In this document: positions 9,766 through 21,433 of the stretch, piece after piece
Layout: every line of letters starts with the position of its first letter
Numbering within the stretch: position 1 is the stretch's first letter
Origin: a bacterium
GTDB lineage: Bacteria > SZUA-182 > DTGQ01 > JAFGSM01
NCBI GenBank assembly: GCA_049472315.1
Contig: JBLIRN010000001.1
Coordinates: forward strand, 160,001 to 224,000
DNA: 64,000 nucleotides
Direction: 5' to 3'
Made by a program: the position numbers and the translations under genes
The notes under the pieces: generated by a model
Told to the model about the DNA's origin: nothing
Seen by the model: only the letters and a program-made list of their open reading frames with translations
The model's database searches: none

Positions 9766-12207
9766 TCAGCTAAGCCTCTTGACCACCTCAAGAAGATTGC
9801 TCTGGTCAAACCCGCTTTTTACAATGTAGGCGTTTGCTCCTACATCGATCCCTCGTTCCTTGTCTTCGCGCGACTCAAGGCTCGTACACAGGATCACCGG
9901 AATTCGTGCAAGCCCCTTGTCGCTGCGTATCTTTGCGGTCAATTCAAAACCGTTCATATTGGGCATCTCAACGTCGGAGACCACCAGGTCGACTGCCTCC
10001 ACCTTCAACGCATTGTACCCGTCAAGGCCATCGGAGGCCGTCCTGACCGAATAGCCTGACGATTCCAGGATATTCTTTATGAGCATGCGCGAGGTTATGG
10101 AATCCTCCACGACCAGTATGCTTTTTTTCTGGGTGTCTGCTTGGGTTTCGTCGATTTCTATTCCGGATGAGATAAACTTCACCTTCATGGCGGATTTGAT
10201 GAGATCCTGCGCATTGAGGATTGGTACCACCTCACCCGATCCGAGCACCGTTGCCCCGGCGATATTTCGCACCCTGCTGAGCTGTTTTCCCATCCCCTTC
10301 ACCAGGACCTCTTGCTCGGTCAATACCTCGTCGATCTTGAAGGCGATCTGTCGTTCATCAATCCCCAGCACCATCACGGTGATATAATCCTTTTCCTCTT
10401 CTATCTGGTTCTTGCGCGCGATATCCAGCACATCCGCCAGATCAACCAGGGAAAGGGTTTTGCCTTTGAGGGGGATCGTGGCCTTATTCTCCACGGTGCG
10501 CACCTCATCCTTCTTGACCCTCAGCACCCGTTCAACATGAGACGTCGGTACCACAAACAGGCCATCCGTGACCCGCACCAGGATCCCCTTAAAGGTGGCC
10601 ATGGTGACCGGGAGGAGCATCCTGAAGGTGGTGCCCTTCCCGGGGACGGTTTCCAAAGAGAGCGATCCGCCGAGTTGCTCCACCTTTTCCTGAACGATGG
10701 CCAGGCCCAACCCCCTTCCCGAAATCTGGGTTATCATCGGGCTTGTGCTCACTCCGGATCGGAAGATGAGGGAGAGGGCCTCGTGCTCGCCCATGCCCTT
10801 TGCCTCCTTCTTGGATATGATTCCCTTTGCCACCGCCTCCTCTTTGACCCGTTCGGATTCGATCCCGTCTCCGTCATCCGAGAAGATGATCTCCACCTTG
10901 TTCCCCTCGGTCTGGACCACGGTCAGGGCAATGGTGCCGTGTCTGGGTTTTCCCGCCCCCTCCCGCTCTGCCGGATCCTCCACCCCGTGATCTATGGAAT
11001 TGCGCAAGAGATGGATGATGGGATCCTTCAGTTCCTCGAGTATACGCCGGTCTATTTCGATATCCCCCCCCTGAATCTTCAGGTCAACCTCTTTCCCCTG
11101 ATTCCGTGAGAGATCCCGTATCATTCTCGGCAGAATCTCAAAAAGGGTGGAGAAGGGGAGCATGGTCACCATCTTCATGTCGTCGAGCAGATCGTCCACC
11201 ATCCTGCCCAGGGAGTGGTGGTTGTGCTCCGCCGCCTGGACCAGGGTGCGGATCTTTCGTTCAAGGGCCTGAATATACTCCTGGTTCCAGTCAAGAAGAT
11301 GTGAAAACTCCACCCAGGATGCATGACTGAAACCACCCGTTTCATCCTTTTGTACCATCTTACTCAGGATGCGCAGCTCCGATTCGAGTTTCGCCCATTT
11401 CTTTTTCCACAGTTCGAAGGATTGCAGCATGTCGTGCAGATTCATCAATTGCTGGCTTTCGGCAAGCTTGAGGAGTATGAGCTCCTCCGCCTTCAGCATG
11501 AGGGTATCCAATTTTTCGGTGGCGATCCTCACCGTTCCCGAGATCAACCGTCTGCTCTTGCCAGACTGCACACTCTGAGGGGTGGGCTCCTCAGGTGTTG
11601 ATTTTGCCTGGGGTTTGCCGGACACCTCCTGCCGCTCCTCCGATTTCTGGGGATCTGTCGTCTTTTCCTGTCCTTCACCAATTGATGCGCACCTTTTCGG
11701 GGCAGGGGCGCCGCTCGGTGCACCCCTTTCATCAGGTGCGCGGTTTTGATCATCCCCTTTCTGTTCCTTTGCCGTCTCCTGTTTTGGGCCGTTCCCGTTG
11801 CCGCCGATCAGATGATCGATGTCTTGTTTGATTGCTGCGATCTGATCCTGCAGGGATGCGTCAATCTCCTGGTTGGGATCGATCATGATATTTTCGATGT
11901 ATTCAACCGTGTGGTGGAGCGTATCGAAGAACTCGGGGGTGAGGGCAATCCCGCCCTGCTTCAACCCGGCGAAGACCCCCTCCATTGATTGACACAAGGT
12001 TTCTACGGCCGCCAGGTTAACCGCCCGCGCCGCACCTTTCAGGCTATGGGCCTCCCGAAAGATGACCTCTACAATAGGCTTATGTCGATCCGGTGTTGAT
12101 GCGGCATCTTCAAGCTCCACCAGGCTGGCGGAGATGCTCTTGAGACGCTCCTCTGCCTCGGATTTAAAGGCCTCCCTCAGCTTCCTGAGTAGTTGCTCCT
12201 CTTTCAT
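9766..12207 (-). CDS. cheA: Hybrid CheA (Hpt-HATPase-CheW-REC; WspE-like)
   Basis: FREAHSLKG Hpt, HLLRNSIDHG, SGRGLGL, CheW-like domain, C-terminal receiver (VVEDS...VSDVEMP). Confidence 0.95.
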   Translation of the reverse strand: MKEEQLLRKLREAFKSEAEERLKSISASLVELEDAASTPDRHKPIVEVIFREAHSLKGAARAVNLAAVETLCQSMEGVFAGLKQGGIALTPEFFDTLHHTVEYIENIMIDPNQEIDASLQDQIAAIKQDIDHLIGGNGNGPKQETAKEQKGDDQNRAPDERGAPSGAPAPKRCASIGEGQEKTTDPQKSEERQEVSGKPQAKSTPEEPTPQSVQSGKSRRLISGTVRIATEKLDTLMLKAEELILLKLAESQQLMNLHDMLQSFELWKKKWAKLESELRILSKMVQKDETGGFSHASWVEFSHLLDWNQEYIQALERKIRTLVQAAEHNHHSLGRMVDDLLDDMKMVTMLPFSTLFEILPRMIRDLSRNQGKEVDLKIQGGDIEIDRRILEELKDPIIHLLRNSIDHGVEDPAEREGAGKPRHGTIALTVVQTEGNKVEIIFSDDGDGIESERVKEEAVAKGIISKKEAKGMGEHEALSLIFRSGVSTSPMITQISGRGLGLAIVQEKVEQLGGSLSLETVPGKGTTFRMLLPVTMATFKGILVRVTDGLFVVPTSHVERVLRVKKDEVRTVENKATIPLKGKTLSLVDLADVLDIARKNQIEEEKDYITVMVLGIDERQIAFKIDEVLTEQEVLVKGMGKQLSRVRNIAGATVLGSGEVVPILNAQDLIKSAMKVKFISSGIEIDETQADTQKKSILVVEDSITSRMLIKNILESSGYSVRTASDGLDGYNALKVEAVDLVVSDVEMPNMNGFELTAKIRSDKGLARIPVILCTSLESREDKERGIDVGANAYIVKSGFDQSNLLEVVKRLS

Positions 12208-12572
12208 GCGGCACCTCGCACTGGTTTCTGGTCCTTCTCAAATGCACTCACCGCATCCTGAATGCTTCTCACCATACCCCTGAGCCTATCGAAGGTCTCT
12301 GCAGAAAGGGGGGATTCCCCCCGTTTCAATCCCCCGGCAAGGTCCTCTGCATACTGGCAGCAATGTTCTATATCCACCAGGTTGACCACCCTGGCGGCAC
12401 CCTTCAGGCCATGGACCTCACGGAAGATCATCTCCAGGAACGGCGTTTGCCTTTCAGGCGACGAGAGGACCCGCTCGAGTTCCTGTAACCCGGATACGAG
12501 CGCATCCATGCGCTCCTTTGCCTCAATAGCGAAGGCATCCCTCAATCTGCCGAGCAGCTCGCCGTTATTCAT
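12204..12572 (-). CDS. Stand-alone Hpt domain protein
   Basis: [13 protein letters not shown] motif, similar to the CheA P1 domain next door; start set at ATG 12572 overlapping MCP stop. Confidence 0.85.
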   Translation of the reverse strand: MNNGELLGRLRDAFAIEAKERMDALVSGLQELERVLSSPERQTPFLEMIFREVHGLKGAARVVNLVDIEHCCQYAEDLAGGLKRGESPLSAETFDRLRGMVRSIQDAVSAFEKDQKPVRGAA

Positions 12573-14469
12573 GGCGGCCCTCATTTCGTGAAGGCCTATT
12601 GGATGATGCCCCGGCAAGCTCCCTCATGGTGTGCATCAGATCCTCAATGCTGCGGGTTGCACCCTCCAATTCCCTTGTGCCGTTCATGTTCTGTATGCTG
12701 CCCTCCTTGATGATCTCCATGGCTGCAGCAAGCTGATCGGTGCCGATAAGCTGTTGCTTGCTCGACGCTGCGATCTGGGTGGCTGACTGGGCGGATCTGG
12801 TAATGCTGTCCGCCAGCTTCTGAATGGCGTCGCCTGCGAGTGCAGCCAGATTGGCCCCCTCTTCAACCGCCGTGTTCCCCCTTTCGGTGGACATAACCGC
12901 CTCTCCGGTGGCCTTTTGGATGTCATTCAGGATATTTCTCACCTGTTCGGTGGCCTTCATCGATTGATCCGCCAGATTCTTTACCTCCTGGGCGACCACG
13001 GCAAAACTCCTGCCATGTTCACCGGCCCTGGCAGCTTCAATGGAGGCATTGACCGAAAGGAGATTCGACTGGTCGGCAAGATCATTCACCGTATTGATGA
13101 TCTCTTCGATACTCTGGATCTGTTCGCTGAGGCGTACAATGCTCTCGGCAATCGACTCCATTTCCTCCCTGATATTGTTCATCCCTGAAAAGGCATCCTC
13201 GGTGGCCTTTTTCCCGGCATCGGATATCTGGGCCACCTGCATGGATGCCTCTGCCACCTGTTCGGCCTTTTCATTGGAGACGTGGGCCGTTTGTTTGACC
13301 TCCTCCACGGTAGTAGTGATTTCGCTTATCGAACTTGAGGTGTCTTCAGTAATATTGACCAGGCGGGTGACCGTCGATGAAATCTGGGCAATGGAGGCAG
13401 CAAGGGAATTGGTCGCCCCCATGAGCGGCTGCGCAATGGAGCGCGCCGCATATATACCGGCAAGGCAGGCGAGCATCGCAAGGATAATCCCCACCAGGAT
13501 GATCTGAAGCCTGAGCCCCTGCACCGGTGCAAAGGCCTCAGCCTGACTCATTTCCACAACGATCCCCCAGTCGAAATCGGTACCCAGGTCCTTATCCAAT
13601 GCTGCAGGGGAATAACAACTGAGCACCCTTTCACCCCGGTGGTTTTTGATGACCCTTCGTCCCTCCCCATGTGCCAGTAAATCGCGGGTTGCAGCCGTGT
13701 CGATACCTTGTTTCAGCACGCTGGTTTCGTTCTGAAATCGGGAATCGGAACGCATCAAGAGATCGGGCCCCACAAGATACCTCTCGCCGGTTCTTCCCAT
13801 CCCGGTATTGTCCCTCATGATGCGGTTTATTTGTTCGGTGTCGAGTTGCACAGCCACCACCGCCAGCACACCCCCTGTTCCATTAAAAACAGGTGCGGCC
13901 ATGAATGCCGCCGGTTTTCCTATAGGGTCATACTGAGCGAAATCAACCATATCATGGCTTCTCTTCTTCAGGACATTCCGAAAGAGGATACCGAGTCCGG
14001 AATCCTTATAGACACCATTCATCAGGCTGGTTCCAAGTTCCTGTCCCCTGCCGGCGGAATATAACACTCGCCCGGTGGAGGCTGATATTACATACATATC
14101 CCTGTAGCCGTAAACCTCCAAATGTTTTCGAAAGAGGGGATCGACATCCAGATACGCGGATTCATACTCGGATGAGGTCGTTTCCGCTCCCCTCCCATCA
14201 ACCAGGCCTTCCAGCAGGTTCAATGACCTTCTGGTTTCAGGATATTCAGATAGAAAATGAACATCCTGCATACGGTTTTCGAGAAAACGGAGCACCTGGT
14301 GCCGTGTGAGCTCCCTCACTGACGCAAGATGATCAAATGCCTCGTATCTCAATGCCCTTTTGGCATAGTGGAAGCTGATGATCGAAACGATGAAAAGCGG
14401 GACCAGGGCAACAACGAGGAACATCATTGTCAATCGTTTCATCAAGCTGCCCGCTGTTAACTTGATCAT
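12565..14469 (-). CDS. Methyl-accepting chemotaxis protein with periplasmic Cache-like sensor
   Basis: Two TM segments, [27 protein letters not shown] hairpin tip. Confidence 0.93.
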   Translation of the reverse strand: MIKLTAGSLMKRLTMMFLVVALVPLFIVSIISFHYAKRALRYEAFDHLASVRELTRHQVLRFLENRMQDVHFLSEYPETRRSLNLLEGLVDGRGAETTSSEYESAYLDVDPLFRKHLEVYGYRDMYVISASTGRVLYSAGRGQELGTSLMNGVYKDSGLGILFRNVLKKRSHDMVDFAQYDPIGKPAAFMAAPVFNGTGGVLAVVAVQLDTEQINRIMRDNTGMGRTGERYLVGPDLLMRSDSRFQNETSVLKQGIDTAATRDLLAHGEGRRVIKNHRGERVLSCYSPAALDKDLGTDFDWGIVVEMSQAEAFAPVQGLRLQIILVGIILAMLACLAGIYAARSIAQPLMGATNSLAASIAQISSTVTRLVNITEDTSSSISEITTTVEEVKQTAHVSNEKAEQVAEASMQVAQISDAGKKATEDAFSGMNNIREEMESIAESIVRLSEQIQSIEEIINTVNDLADQSNLLSVNASIEAARAGEHGRSFAVVAQEVKNLADQSMKATEQVRNILNDIQKATGEAVMSTERGNTAVEEGANLAALAGDAIQKLADSITRSAQSATQIAASSKQQLIGTDQLAAAMEIIKEGSIQNMNGTRELEGATRSIEDLMHTMRELAGASSNRPSRNEGRHE

Positions 14470-14490
14470 ATCGGTTTTCCTCCTCTGCGG

Positions 14491-15078
14491 TCATTCCATC
14501 TCTTCATGGACCACGATATCCTGGTCTGAAAGGATCCTTTCCCCACTCAAGATGACCAGCCGTTCGACGGTTACCCCTCTCAGATACTTCTCCTGAACTC
14601 CGGACAATGTCGGCAGCGAAGGCTGAATATCGGAGGTGGGTATGGAGCGCACACCGATTATTTCATCGGCGAGAATGCCGAATTCCTTGGCATCACTGTG
14701 CAGTATCAGGATCCGATTTACATCGGTGAATCCCCTTTCGGGAAGCCCAAAAAACCTCTTGAGGTCAATGATCGAGAGTATCTGCCCGCGAATGTTTATG
14801 ATGCCCAGGACATAGTCGGGCGTACAGGGAAGCGGGGTAAATGTCTTCAGGGGATAGATCTCGCGGATATAATCCAGCTCGAGGGCATACCGCTCGTGAG
14901 CCAGGAGAAATTCCACGACCTCCAGGTGCATTTCATCCCTCTCGATCCGATCCGCCTCTCTCCCCAATTCGCACGCCCTGGTCCGCAATATCTCCGCCTT
15001 TTCCTCCTCACTGATCGCGGACCCTTTATTCATCCGTTCCCTGACAGCCTCCAATCGCTCGCGAAGATCTTCCCTCAT
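14491..15078 (-). CDS. cheW: CheW coupling protein
   Basis: TPLPCTPDYVLGIINIRGQILSIIDL. Confidence 0.93.
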   Translation of the reverse strand: MREDLRERLEAVRERMNKGSAISEEEKAEILRTRACELGREADRIERDEMHLEVVEFLLAHERYALELDYIREIYPLKTFTPLPCTPDYVLGIINIRGQILSIIDLKRFFGLPERGFTDVNRILILHSDAKEFGILADEIIGVRSIPTSDIQPSLPTLSGVQEKYLRGVTVERLVILSGERILSDQDIVVHEEME

Positions 15079-16658
15079 TCGGATCTCTCCTCCTTCATCA
15101 TGGATTGAACGACCTCCAAGAGCCTTCGTGCCTGTATCCCTTCGGAATAGGGCAAAACTTCCTCAGGGTTCATGGATTGAAGCAGGGTAAGGGCATTCTT
15201 GAAGTGCCTCCTGGATTCCTCGACCTTCCCCTGCCTTTGGGTGATATTCCCCAGGGCAAAATGGGCAAGGACAAAGTCCTGGTCAAGATACAGTGCCTTT
15301 TTGAGGGAGCTAATTGATTCATCCATCATCCCCTGTTCCTGGCAAATGGTTGCATAAAGGTAATAATGACCGGGTAGGAGTTTTTCCGCGTTAATCGCCT
15401 CCACGCACCATTTCTTTGCCTCTTCGAGCTTGCCCTGATTGGCATAGGCCCTTGCCAGAAGTGCCATAGAGCCCGGTTTAAGGGACATGCAATCGCCGAT
15501 GGAGTGGTAACGGGACACGATCTCATTGAGCTTCTGGGCCGCCTTGTCATAGAGCCCTTCGGCGTACAGGGTGAGGGCCTCGTGAATAAGATTCTGCTGC
15601 ACCTGTAACTCATCCTCCACCGCCCCCTGCTTATTATTCTTCTCATTTTGTATGAAATCCGAGACCTCAGAGGTGATGGCATTCTTGAGCTCCGCCTTCA
15701 CGGAATGATCGGATGGGGCCTTTCGTGCGATTGCAATGGGGGAGATGGAAAATCCCCGATCCATCCTGCCTCCTTGAATGACTTGATCGGAGATCGTCGA
15801 ACCCTGACCCGGGATTCTCTTCCTGAAAAGGATGGTACCGGGAAATTGAACGGGCGAGAGCGAGGGATGGTTGATGAGAGGGACTTCACTGGGGCTGAGT
15901 ATCAGCCAACCGTTTTCACCGAGCAGCCGGCAGAATCGTTCGATGATTTCCGTCCTCAACTCCTGGGCAAAGTACATCAGGACATTGCGGCAGAAGATGA
16001 CATCGAGTGCGTCAATGCCGCTGAGCACCGACGAGTAGCTCTTAAGCGCAAGATTGAGCTGAGAAAAGGTCACCATTCGTTTTATGCGGGGCAGCAATTC
16101 AAATGAATTCTCACCCGTTGACCGGAAATACTGCTGTTTTATCCATGCAGGGGCGTTTCTGAAGGACCAGCTTGTGTAGATTCCCTCTCCGGCCTTTTTT
16201 AGAAACACCTCGTTCAGATCGGTGGCCAGAAGCCTGATATGCCACCCCTCCCATCCGGGCAGCATCTGATCGATCAGCATTGCTATGGAATACGGCTCTT
16301 CACCGGTGCAGCATCCGGCGCTCCACAGATTGATCCTCTTCCCGGTGTTGTTTCGCTCGTAAATAAGCTCCGGGAGTATGATGTCTTTTATCGCCTGGAA
16401 CACGCAATTATCACGGAAAAAGAAGGTCTCACCGATGGTGAGGTTTTTGGTCAGTATATGGATTTCCCTTTGGGTCAGGGGCGAAGACAGCAGGGCATGG
16501 ATACCTGATTCCATGTCATTGAATCCCATTTCTTTGGACACCATTTCCATATTGCGCACCAGATCATTCCACCTGTTTTTGGGGAAATACAATCCGATAT
16601 GAGAAGCTATCAATTCGCTCAACCGGATAAGGAGCTTTTCCGGGATCTCCCTGGCCAT
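15075..16658 (-). CDS. cheR: CheR methyltransferase with C-terminal TPRs (WspC-like)
   Basis: TIGETFFFRD, WSAGCCTGEEPYS, IFCRNVLMYF, TPR-like C-terminus; start set at ATG 16658 with AAAGGTG RBS. Confidence 0.93.
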   Translation of the reverse strand: MAREIPEKLLIRLSELIASHIGLYFPKNRWNDLVRNMEMVSKEMGFNDMESGIHALLSSPLTQREIHILTKNLTIGETFFFRDNCVFQAIKDIILPELIYERNNTGKRINLWSAGCCTGEEPYSIAMLIDQMLPGWEGWHIRLLATDLNEVFLKKAGEGIYTSWSFRNAPAWIKQQYFRSTGENSFELLPRIKRMVTFSQLNLALKSYSSVLSGIDALDVIFCRNVLMYFAQELRTEIIERFCRLLGENGWLILSPSEVPLINHPSLSPVQFPGTILFRKRIPGQGSTISDQVIQGGRMDRGFSISPIAIARKAPSDHSVKAELKNAITSEVSDFIQNEKNNKQGAVEDELQVQQNLIHEALTLYAEGLYDKAAQKLNEIVSRYHSIGDCMSLKPGSMALLARAYANQGKLEEAKKWCVEAINAEKLLPGHYYLYATICQEQGMMDESISSLKKALYLDQDFVLAHFALGNITQRQGKVEESRRHFKNALTLLQSMNPEEVLPYSEGIQARRLLEVVQSMMKEERSE

Positions 16659-16670
16659 ATCACCTTTCAC

Positions 16671-17135
16671 TCAATGGTACGTCTCGATAGCGGTTTTTAA
16701 TGTATCAATATCCCCGTTTGAAAGCAGGTTATCCAGACTGTAAATGAGCACCGTATTGTCCTTCAATTTCCCGACCCCATCGATGACATGATCCAGGTGC
16801 GGAAAGATTGTCTGGGCCCTGTCAACATGGTCTTCGGGTATCTCGACGACCCCTTCAACCGTATCCGCCACAAAGGCAATCGTGAGATCCGAGACATGGG
16901 AAATGACGATTCTGTCATTCAGGTCCAGTTCGCGCGAGGGCAGACTGAAATGCCTGCGGATATCGATCACCGGGATGATCGTGCCCTGCATATTGAGAAG
17001 ACCGAGGAGGATATCCTGCCCCTCCGGCAGGGGATGTAGTGCAACGGCACGGATGACCTTCTGGATACAGATAAGCCCCATGGCGTACCGCTTTTTGTCG
17101 AGGGTAAAGATGAGATACTGGTCTTCCAAATGCAT
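16671..17135 (-). CDS. cheW: CheW coupling protein
   Basis: LLGLLNMQGTIIPVIDIR CheW-type motif; first gene of che operon. Confidence 0.88.
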   Translation of the reverse strand: MHLEDQYLIFTLDKKRYAMGLICIQKVIRAVALHPLPEGQDILLGLLNMQGTIIPVIDIRRHFSLPSRELDLNDRIVISHVSDLTIAFVADTVEGVVEIPEDHVDRAQTIFPHLDHVIDGVGKLKDNTVLIYSLDNLLSNGDIDTLKTAIETYH

Positions 17136-17588
17136 AACCTCGCTCCCCTCCCTTTTCTATCGAAGAACCCTGGCCGTTCTCTGGTATATGACTACAGAAA
17201 CCTATTGAAAGTACTCCTATTCCTATTATCTTTTCTTCGGTCATTTAACGAAAATCCTTTGACAGGAATACTCTTGGGCGGTACCCGCTCGTACAACCCC
17301 ACGGATCGCCCATGGACGGCATTGGGGGGATCGGAAACGCAGGTGAAGAAACCAGGCGTAAGTGACGATTATACAAACGTATCCATACGATAAGAGGAAT
17401 GCCTTCCGGCGGACCTTCCACCATGCGGTGGCTCACCATACCATACGCATGGTACGTATTATGGGCGTTTCCAGGAGGTCAATACTCTGTCGTGATTCGG
17501 CAACAAAGGCATTCGGGGCTACAGGGGTGTCATTGATCGTACAGGTTAATAACCACTGGTTACCGTTATCCATAAGAGGAGGACGTTT

Positions 17589-19469
17589 ATGAACAGGCTG
17601 CGCGGCGGGGATGGTCTTTTCGGTTGGTTCAGGAATATGCGATTGAAAACGAAGCTCTTGCTATCCGTTACACTCCTCATCATCCTGATAACGGTATCGA
17701 TCCTGGTGGCCGTAAATCGCGTCATAAACGAAAACATGCTCGCCAATAAACAAAAAACCGTGAAACACACCATAGCGAGCGTGGACTATCTCATTGAAGA
17801 ACGTATTAGCAGCCTCAAGCAATATGTCCTCTTTGCCACACAGGGGAAGGATTTCATGGATTCAATCAACCGTGCGTCCACCTTCAGGGAGTATAAAAAA
17901 ATAGGCGACCAGGCCCTCGCCCTCCAAAAGGAAATGTATGTTGAGCGTATCATGGTATGCAGTCCGGTGAATGGTGATACGTGCACGCTTATGGCCTGTA
18001 CGACGGGCGAAAAAAGGCCGGGGGACACCATCTCCACGCACCGCCTGTGTGTGGAATCCGAGGTCAAGGGGATTGCATCCGAACTCCTCGTCGAAGAGGG
18101 CGGTTTTAGCATCAAGGTGTGCAGGCAGATTACAAAGGGGGATGGCACGCTTGCCTTCGTGGTGGTTGATGATGTCATCGGGTCCGATTTGGTCAATAAC
18201 ATAGAGGCCACCACAGGGGCGGAAATCGCCTTTTTGTTGCACCGGGGCCCCAATGCAGGACGGGTCATCGCCTGCGCTCATCAGGGTCTGGTCGGCACGG
18301 AGATCAGCGGCGATGCATTCAGCACCATGCAGTCAACCCATTCCGTGACGTACCAGTCGAATTTTGTTGACGACGGCGAGGTGCACATGGCCGCCTTCAA
18401 GCCGATCTTCGGCAAGGACAATGAGATGATCGGCTCATTGATGATACTCGTCCACATGGATGACGTCCTCTACATGAAAAGCAATACGGTGAAGGCGATG
18501 TCTTCCATCGGCCTTGCCGCCGTTGCCATGGGAATCCTGGCTATCATCCTGCTCGTGAGGGGGATGATCAACCCGCTGCGACAGATCCTTTCCATCGCCC
18601 AGGCAATGGGGAAGGGAGACCTTACCCAACGGATAACGGTGGAAGGAGAGGATGAGATCGGACAGCTTGCCCAGACCTTTCGACAGATGCAGGAGAACCT
18701 CCTCATAATGGTACGGCAGATGAAGAGCGGGATTGAGCTCCTGGAATCCTCATCGGTAGAGCTTTCCACCTCAAGCAGGGAACAGGCCGATGGTTCGATG
18801 CAGCAATCATCCGCCCTCACCGAGACGTCCACCACGGTGGAGGAGTTGGCGGCAACCTCAAAACAGATTGCGGAAAATGCCCAGCAGGTGGCTGATCTGG
18901 CGCGACAGAGTCTCACGGGGATGGAGAATATACGGAACAATACGGATCAGGAGGCAAACAGGATCCTGACCCTGGGTGAAAAATCCCAGACCATCGGCGA
19001 GGTCGTGGCCATGATCGACGACATTGCCAAGCAGACCAATATCCTGGCCTTGAATGCATCGATCGAGGCTGAGAGGGCGGGGGATGCAGGCAAGGGATTC
19101 GCCGTGGTGGCCATAGAAATCAGGGAACTGGCGAACAACGTGGCAAAATCGACTAAACAAATCAGGGAGATCATAAAGGAGATACAAGACGCCACGAATG
19201 CCTCGGTAATGGCCACGGAAAATGTCGGCAAATCGGTTGAAGAGGGCATCGGACTCTCAAAGAGGGCTGCGGATTCCGCCAATCAAATCAGCATGGCAAC
19301 CCAGCAGCAGGGAAGCGCCACCAGCCAGGTGGTCACGGCGATCAAACAGATGAGCGATATCGTCGGTCAGACAACCGCAGGTGCTAATCAGATCGCCGAT
19401 ACCGCCCACATGCTGGTGGAACTGACCACCGAGCAGAAAAGGCTCATCGAGCAGTTCATCATAAACTGA
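17589..19469 (+). CDS. Methyl-accepting chemotaxis protein (periplasmic sensor, HAMP)
   Basis: Two TMs, HAMP (DEIGQLA), [38 protein letters not shown]. Confidence 0.93.
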   Translation: MNRLRGGDGLFGWFRNMRLKTKLLLSVTLLIILITVSILVAVNRVINENMLANKQKTVKHTIASVDYLIEERISSLKQYVLFATQGKDFMDSINRASTFREYKKIGDQALALQKEMYVERIMVCSPVNGDTCTLMACTTGEKRPGDTISTHRLCVESEVKGIASELLVEEGGFSIKVCRQITKGDGTLAFVVVDDVIGSDLVNNIEATTGAEIAFLLHRGPNAGRVIACAHQGLVGTEISGDAFSTMQSTHSVTYQSNFVDDGEVHMAAFKPIFGKDNEMIGSLMILVHMDDVLYMKSNTVKAMSSIGLAAVAMGILAIILLVRGMINPLRQILSIAQAMGKGDLTQRITVEGEDEIGQLAQTFRQMQENLLIMVRQMKSGIELLESSSVELSTSSREQADGSMQQSSALTETSTTVEELAATSKQIAENAQQVADLARQSLTGMENIRNNTDQEANRILTLGEKSQTIGEVVAMIDDIAKQTNILALNASIEAERAGDAGKGFAVVAIEIRELANNVAKSTKQIREIIKEIQDATNASVMATENVGKSVEEGIGLSKRAADSANQISMATQQQGSATSQVVTAIKQMSDIVGQTTAGANQIADTAHMLVELTTEQKRLIEQFIIN

Positions 19470-19549
19470 CCCACGAAAGACTCGCGCATATCCCGGAGGA
19501 AATCCCTCATCGGGCAAAACCCTCGTGCCCGCAATCCCGCTTCCGCTCG

Positions 19550-20452
19550 TCACCCTCCGAATCGCTCAAAGAGTTCAATGAATGCCTTCTGAATCGCCGT
19601 ATCGATAGTCCCCTTATTCTTGGCAACCGTTACCGTTTCACGGCCAAGGGCGCAATAGAGCGGGACATACGAGGGAATGGCCTGCGTTATGGCCTCGAGG
19701 TGAGTCCGTACCGTGCCGAGATCGCCGCGCATGATCGGACCGGTGAGTGCCTCGGGAATGCCCACGGCCTTTATATTCCGTATGGTCCCCTCAAAAAGGG
19801 GGGCCAGTGCCTGAATCCCGCTGCGGCGATCGATCCCTATCCGTTCATAGAGGGTCAGGCTGAAATTGATGAGGCCGACCAAAAAATTTGATGCCACTGC
19901 TGCGCCCGCATGGTAGAGCGGCTTATCATCGGTGCGGATCTCCAGTATCTCTCCCCCGAGGGCTTGCACGAGACCTCTGAGGACCGCCTTTGCCTCTTCG
20001 GAGCCCTCGATGCAGAAATATGAACCGGGAAGCACCGTAACGGCAAGTTCCCTGGTCGCACAACTCTGAAGTGGATGCACCGAGCCGATGGGATACCCTG
20101 CGTCTGCAGCCGATTGCAGGATCGAGGAGGGGTGTGCACCGCTGCAATGGGCGACAATCGCACCGGCCCTTACGAATCCTGCGACAACGATCCCTTCACA
20201 TACGTGCCGGATGACATCATCCGGGGTGGTGATGAGGACCATATCGGCATCCCTGATCCACGGCCCAGGGGCGTCCCGGGCAATGGAATCCCGGCCCAGA
20301 AAGGCCTCGGCCCTCCTGGCACTCTCCATGGTACGGCAGCAAAGGCCAATGACTTCATACCCCTTCTGCATGGCCAGGAAGGCGATGGCAGTGCCCACCC
20401 TCCCCGCGCCGATGATGGCAACCCGCTGTTGCACTGCGCTCATGCCTCTCAC
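19550..20452 (-). CDS. Rossmann-like/DUF2520 oxidoreductase (PanG-like)
   Basis: IIGAGRVG, HCSGA, HPLQS, YHAGAAVASNF, ALTGPIMRGD. Confidence 0.85.
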   Translation of the reverse strand: MRGMSAVQQRVAIIGAGRVGTAIAFLAMQKGYEVIGLCCRTMESARRAEAFLGRDSIARDAPGPWIRDADMVLITTPDDVIRHVCEGIVVAGFVRAGAIVAHCSGAHPSSILQSAADAGYPIGSVHPLQSCATRELAVTVLPGSYFCIEGSEEAKAVLRGLVQALGGEILEIRTDDKPLYHAGAAVASNFLVGLINFSLTLYERIGIDRRSGIQALAPLFEGTIRNIKAVGIPEALTGPIMRGDLGTVRTHLEAITQAIPSYVPLYCALGRETVTVAKNKGTIDTAIQKAFIELFERFGG

Positions 20453-20475
20453 CCGTCTATGGCCGTGCGGTTCCT

Positions 20476-21381
20476 TTATTGGGCGACCTTGGCCGCTTCC
20501 ACCGTGTTTTTCAAGAGCATGGCCACGGTCACCGGTCCCACCCCTCCCGGCACAGGGGTGATATATGCGGCCTTCGGTTTAATTCCCTCGAAATCCGCAT
20601 CGCCGACCGTCTTCTTTTTGGGTTTCCCCTTGTCATTGAGTACCTGCTGCCCCTTCTCGTCGAGCACCGGGACCCTGTTGATGCCGATATCGATGAGGAT
20701 CACCCCTTCCTTCACCATATCCGCCCTGATAAGACCGGGCTTTCCCGCGGCAACGATCACCACGTCCGCCCGCTTGGTATGGAAGGCAAGGTCCCTGGTG
20801 GCAATGTGGCAGACGGTGACCGTCGGGGCCTCCCTCAGCGATTCGAGGAGCATCACCGCCGCCGGCTTCCCGACGATCTCGCTATGTCCCACCATGACGA
20901 CCTCGAGTCCCTTCAGGGGAACCCCTATGCTCTGCAGGAGGGTCACTGCAGCCTTCGCCGTGCACGGCGCCACCACCGACTGCCCGTAAAAAAGGCGCCC
21001 CAGGTTTGAGGGATGCATCCCCTCCACATCCTTTTCGGGTGCAATCTTCCATTGCACCTCCCGTGGATTGATCCCTTCGGGAAGGGGCATCTGAAGTATG
21101 ATCCCGGTCACCTGCGAGTCACGGTTCAATTTCTCGATGAAGGTGATCAATTCCTTCTGGGTGGTAGAGGCGGGCAGTTCATGGAGCGTATAATCCATCC
21201 CCAACTCCTCGCAGGTCTTTTGTTGATTCTTTATATATACGCGGGAGCTGGGATTCTCGCCCACCTGAACGGCGGCAAGAGAAACGACCTTTTTGGCATT
21301 CTTAAGGGCCTGTATCTCCTTTTCGAGTTCCTTTTGTATCGATGCTGCAACTGCCTCTCCATCAATGATTTTCCCTTCCAT
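20476..21381 (-). CDS. folD: Bifunctional methylene-THF dehydrogenase/cyclohydrolase
   Basis: EKDVEG, PCT, SEIVGKP, DIGINR, ITPVPGGVGPVT. Confidence 0.96.
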   Translation of the reverse strand: MEGKIIDGEAVAASIQKELEKEIQALKNAKKVVSLAAVQVGENPSSRVYIKNQQKTCEELGMDYTLHELPASTTQKELITFIEKLNRDSQVTGIILQMPLPEGINPREVQWKIAPEKDVEGMHPSNLGRLFYGQSVVAPCTAKAAVTLLQSIGVPLKGLEVVMVGHSEIVGKPAAVMLLESLREAPTVTVCHIATRDLAFHTKRADVVIVAAGKPGLIRADMVKEGVILIDIGINRVPVLDEKGQQVLNDKGKPKKKTVGDADFEGIKPKAAYITPVPGGVGPVTVAMLLKNTVEAAKVAQ

Positions 21382-21433
21382 CCTGCTCTCCTCTCTCGCT
21401 GATTTTCCTTACCTCATCGGGTGCATGATATCA

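Noticed and set aside
17136..17588. Possible c-di-GMP or other riboswitch between divergent chemosensory genes
   Set aside because: No recognisable aptamer consensus by eye; an Infernal/Rfam scan would be needed
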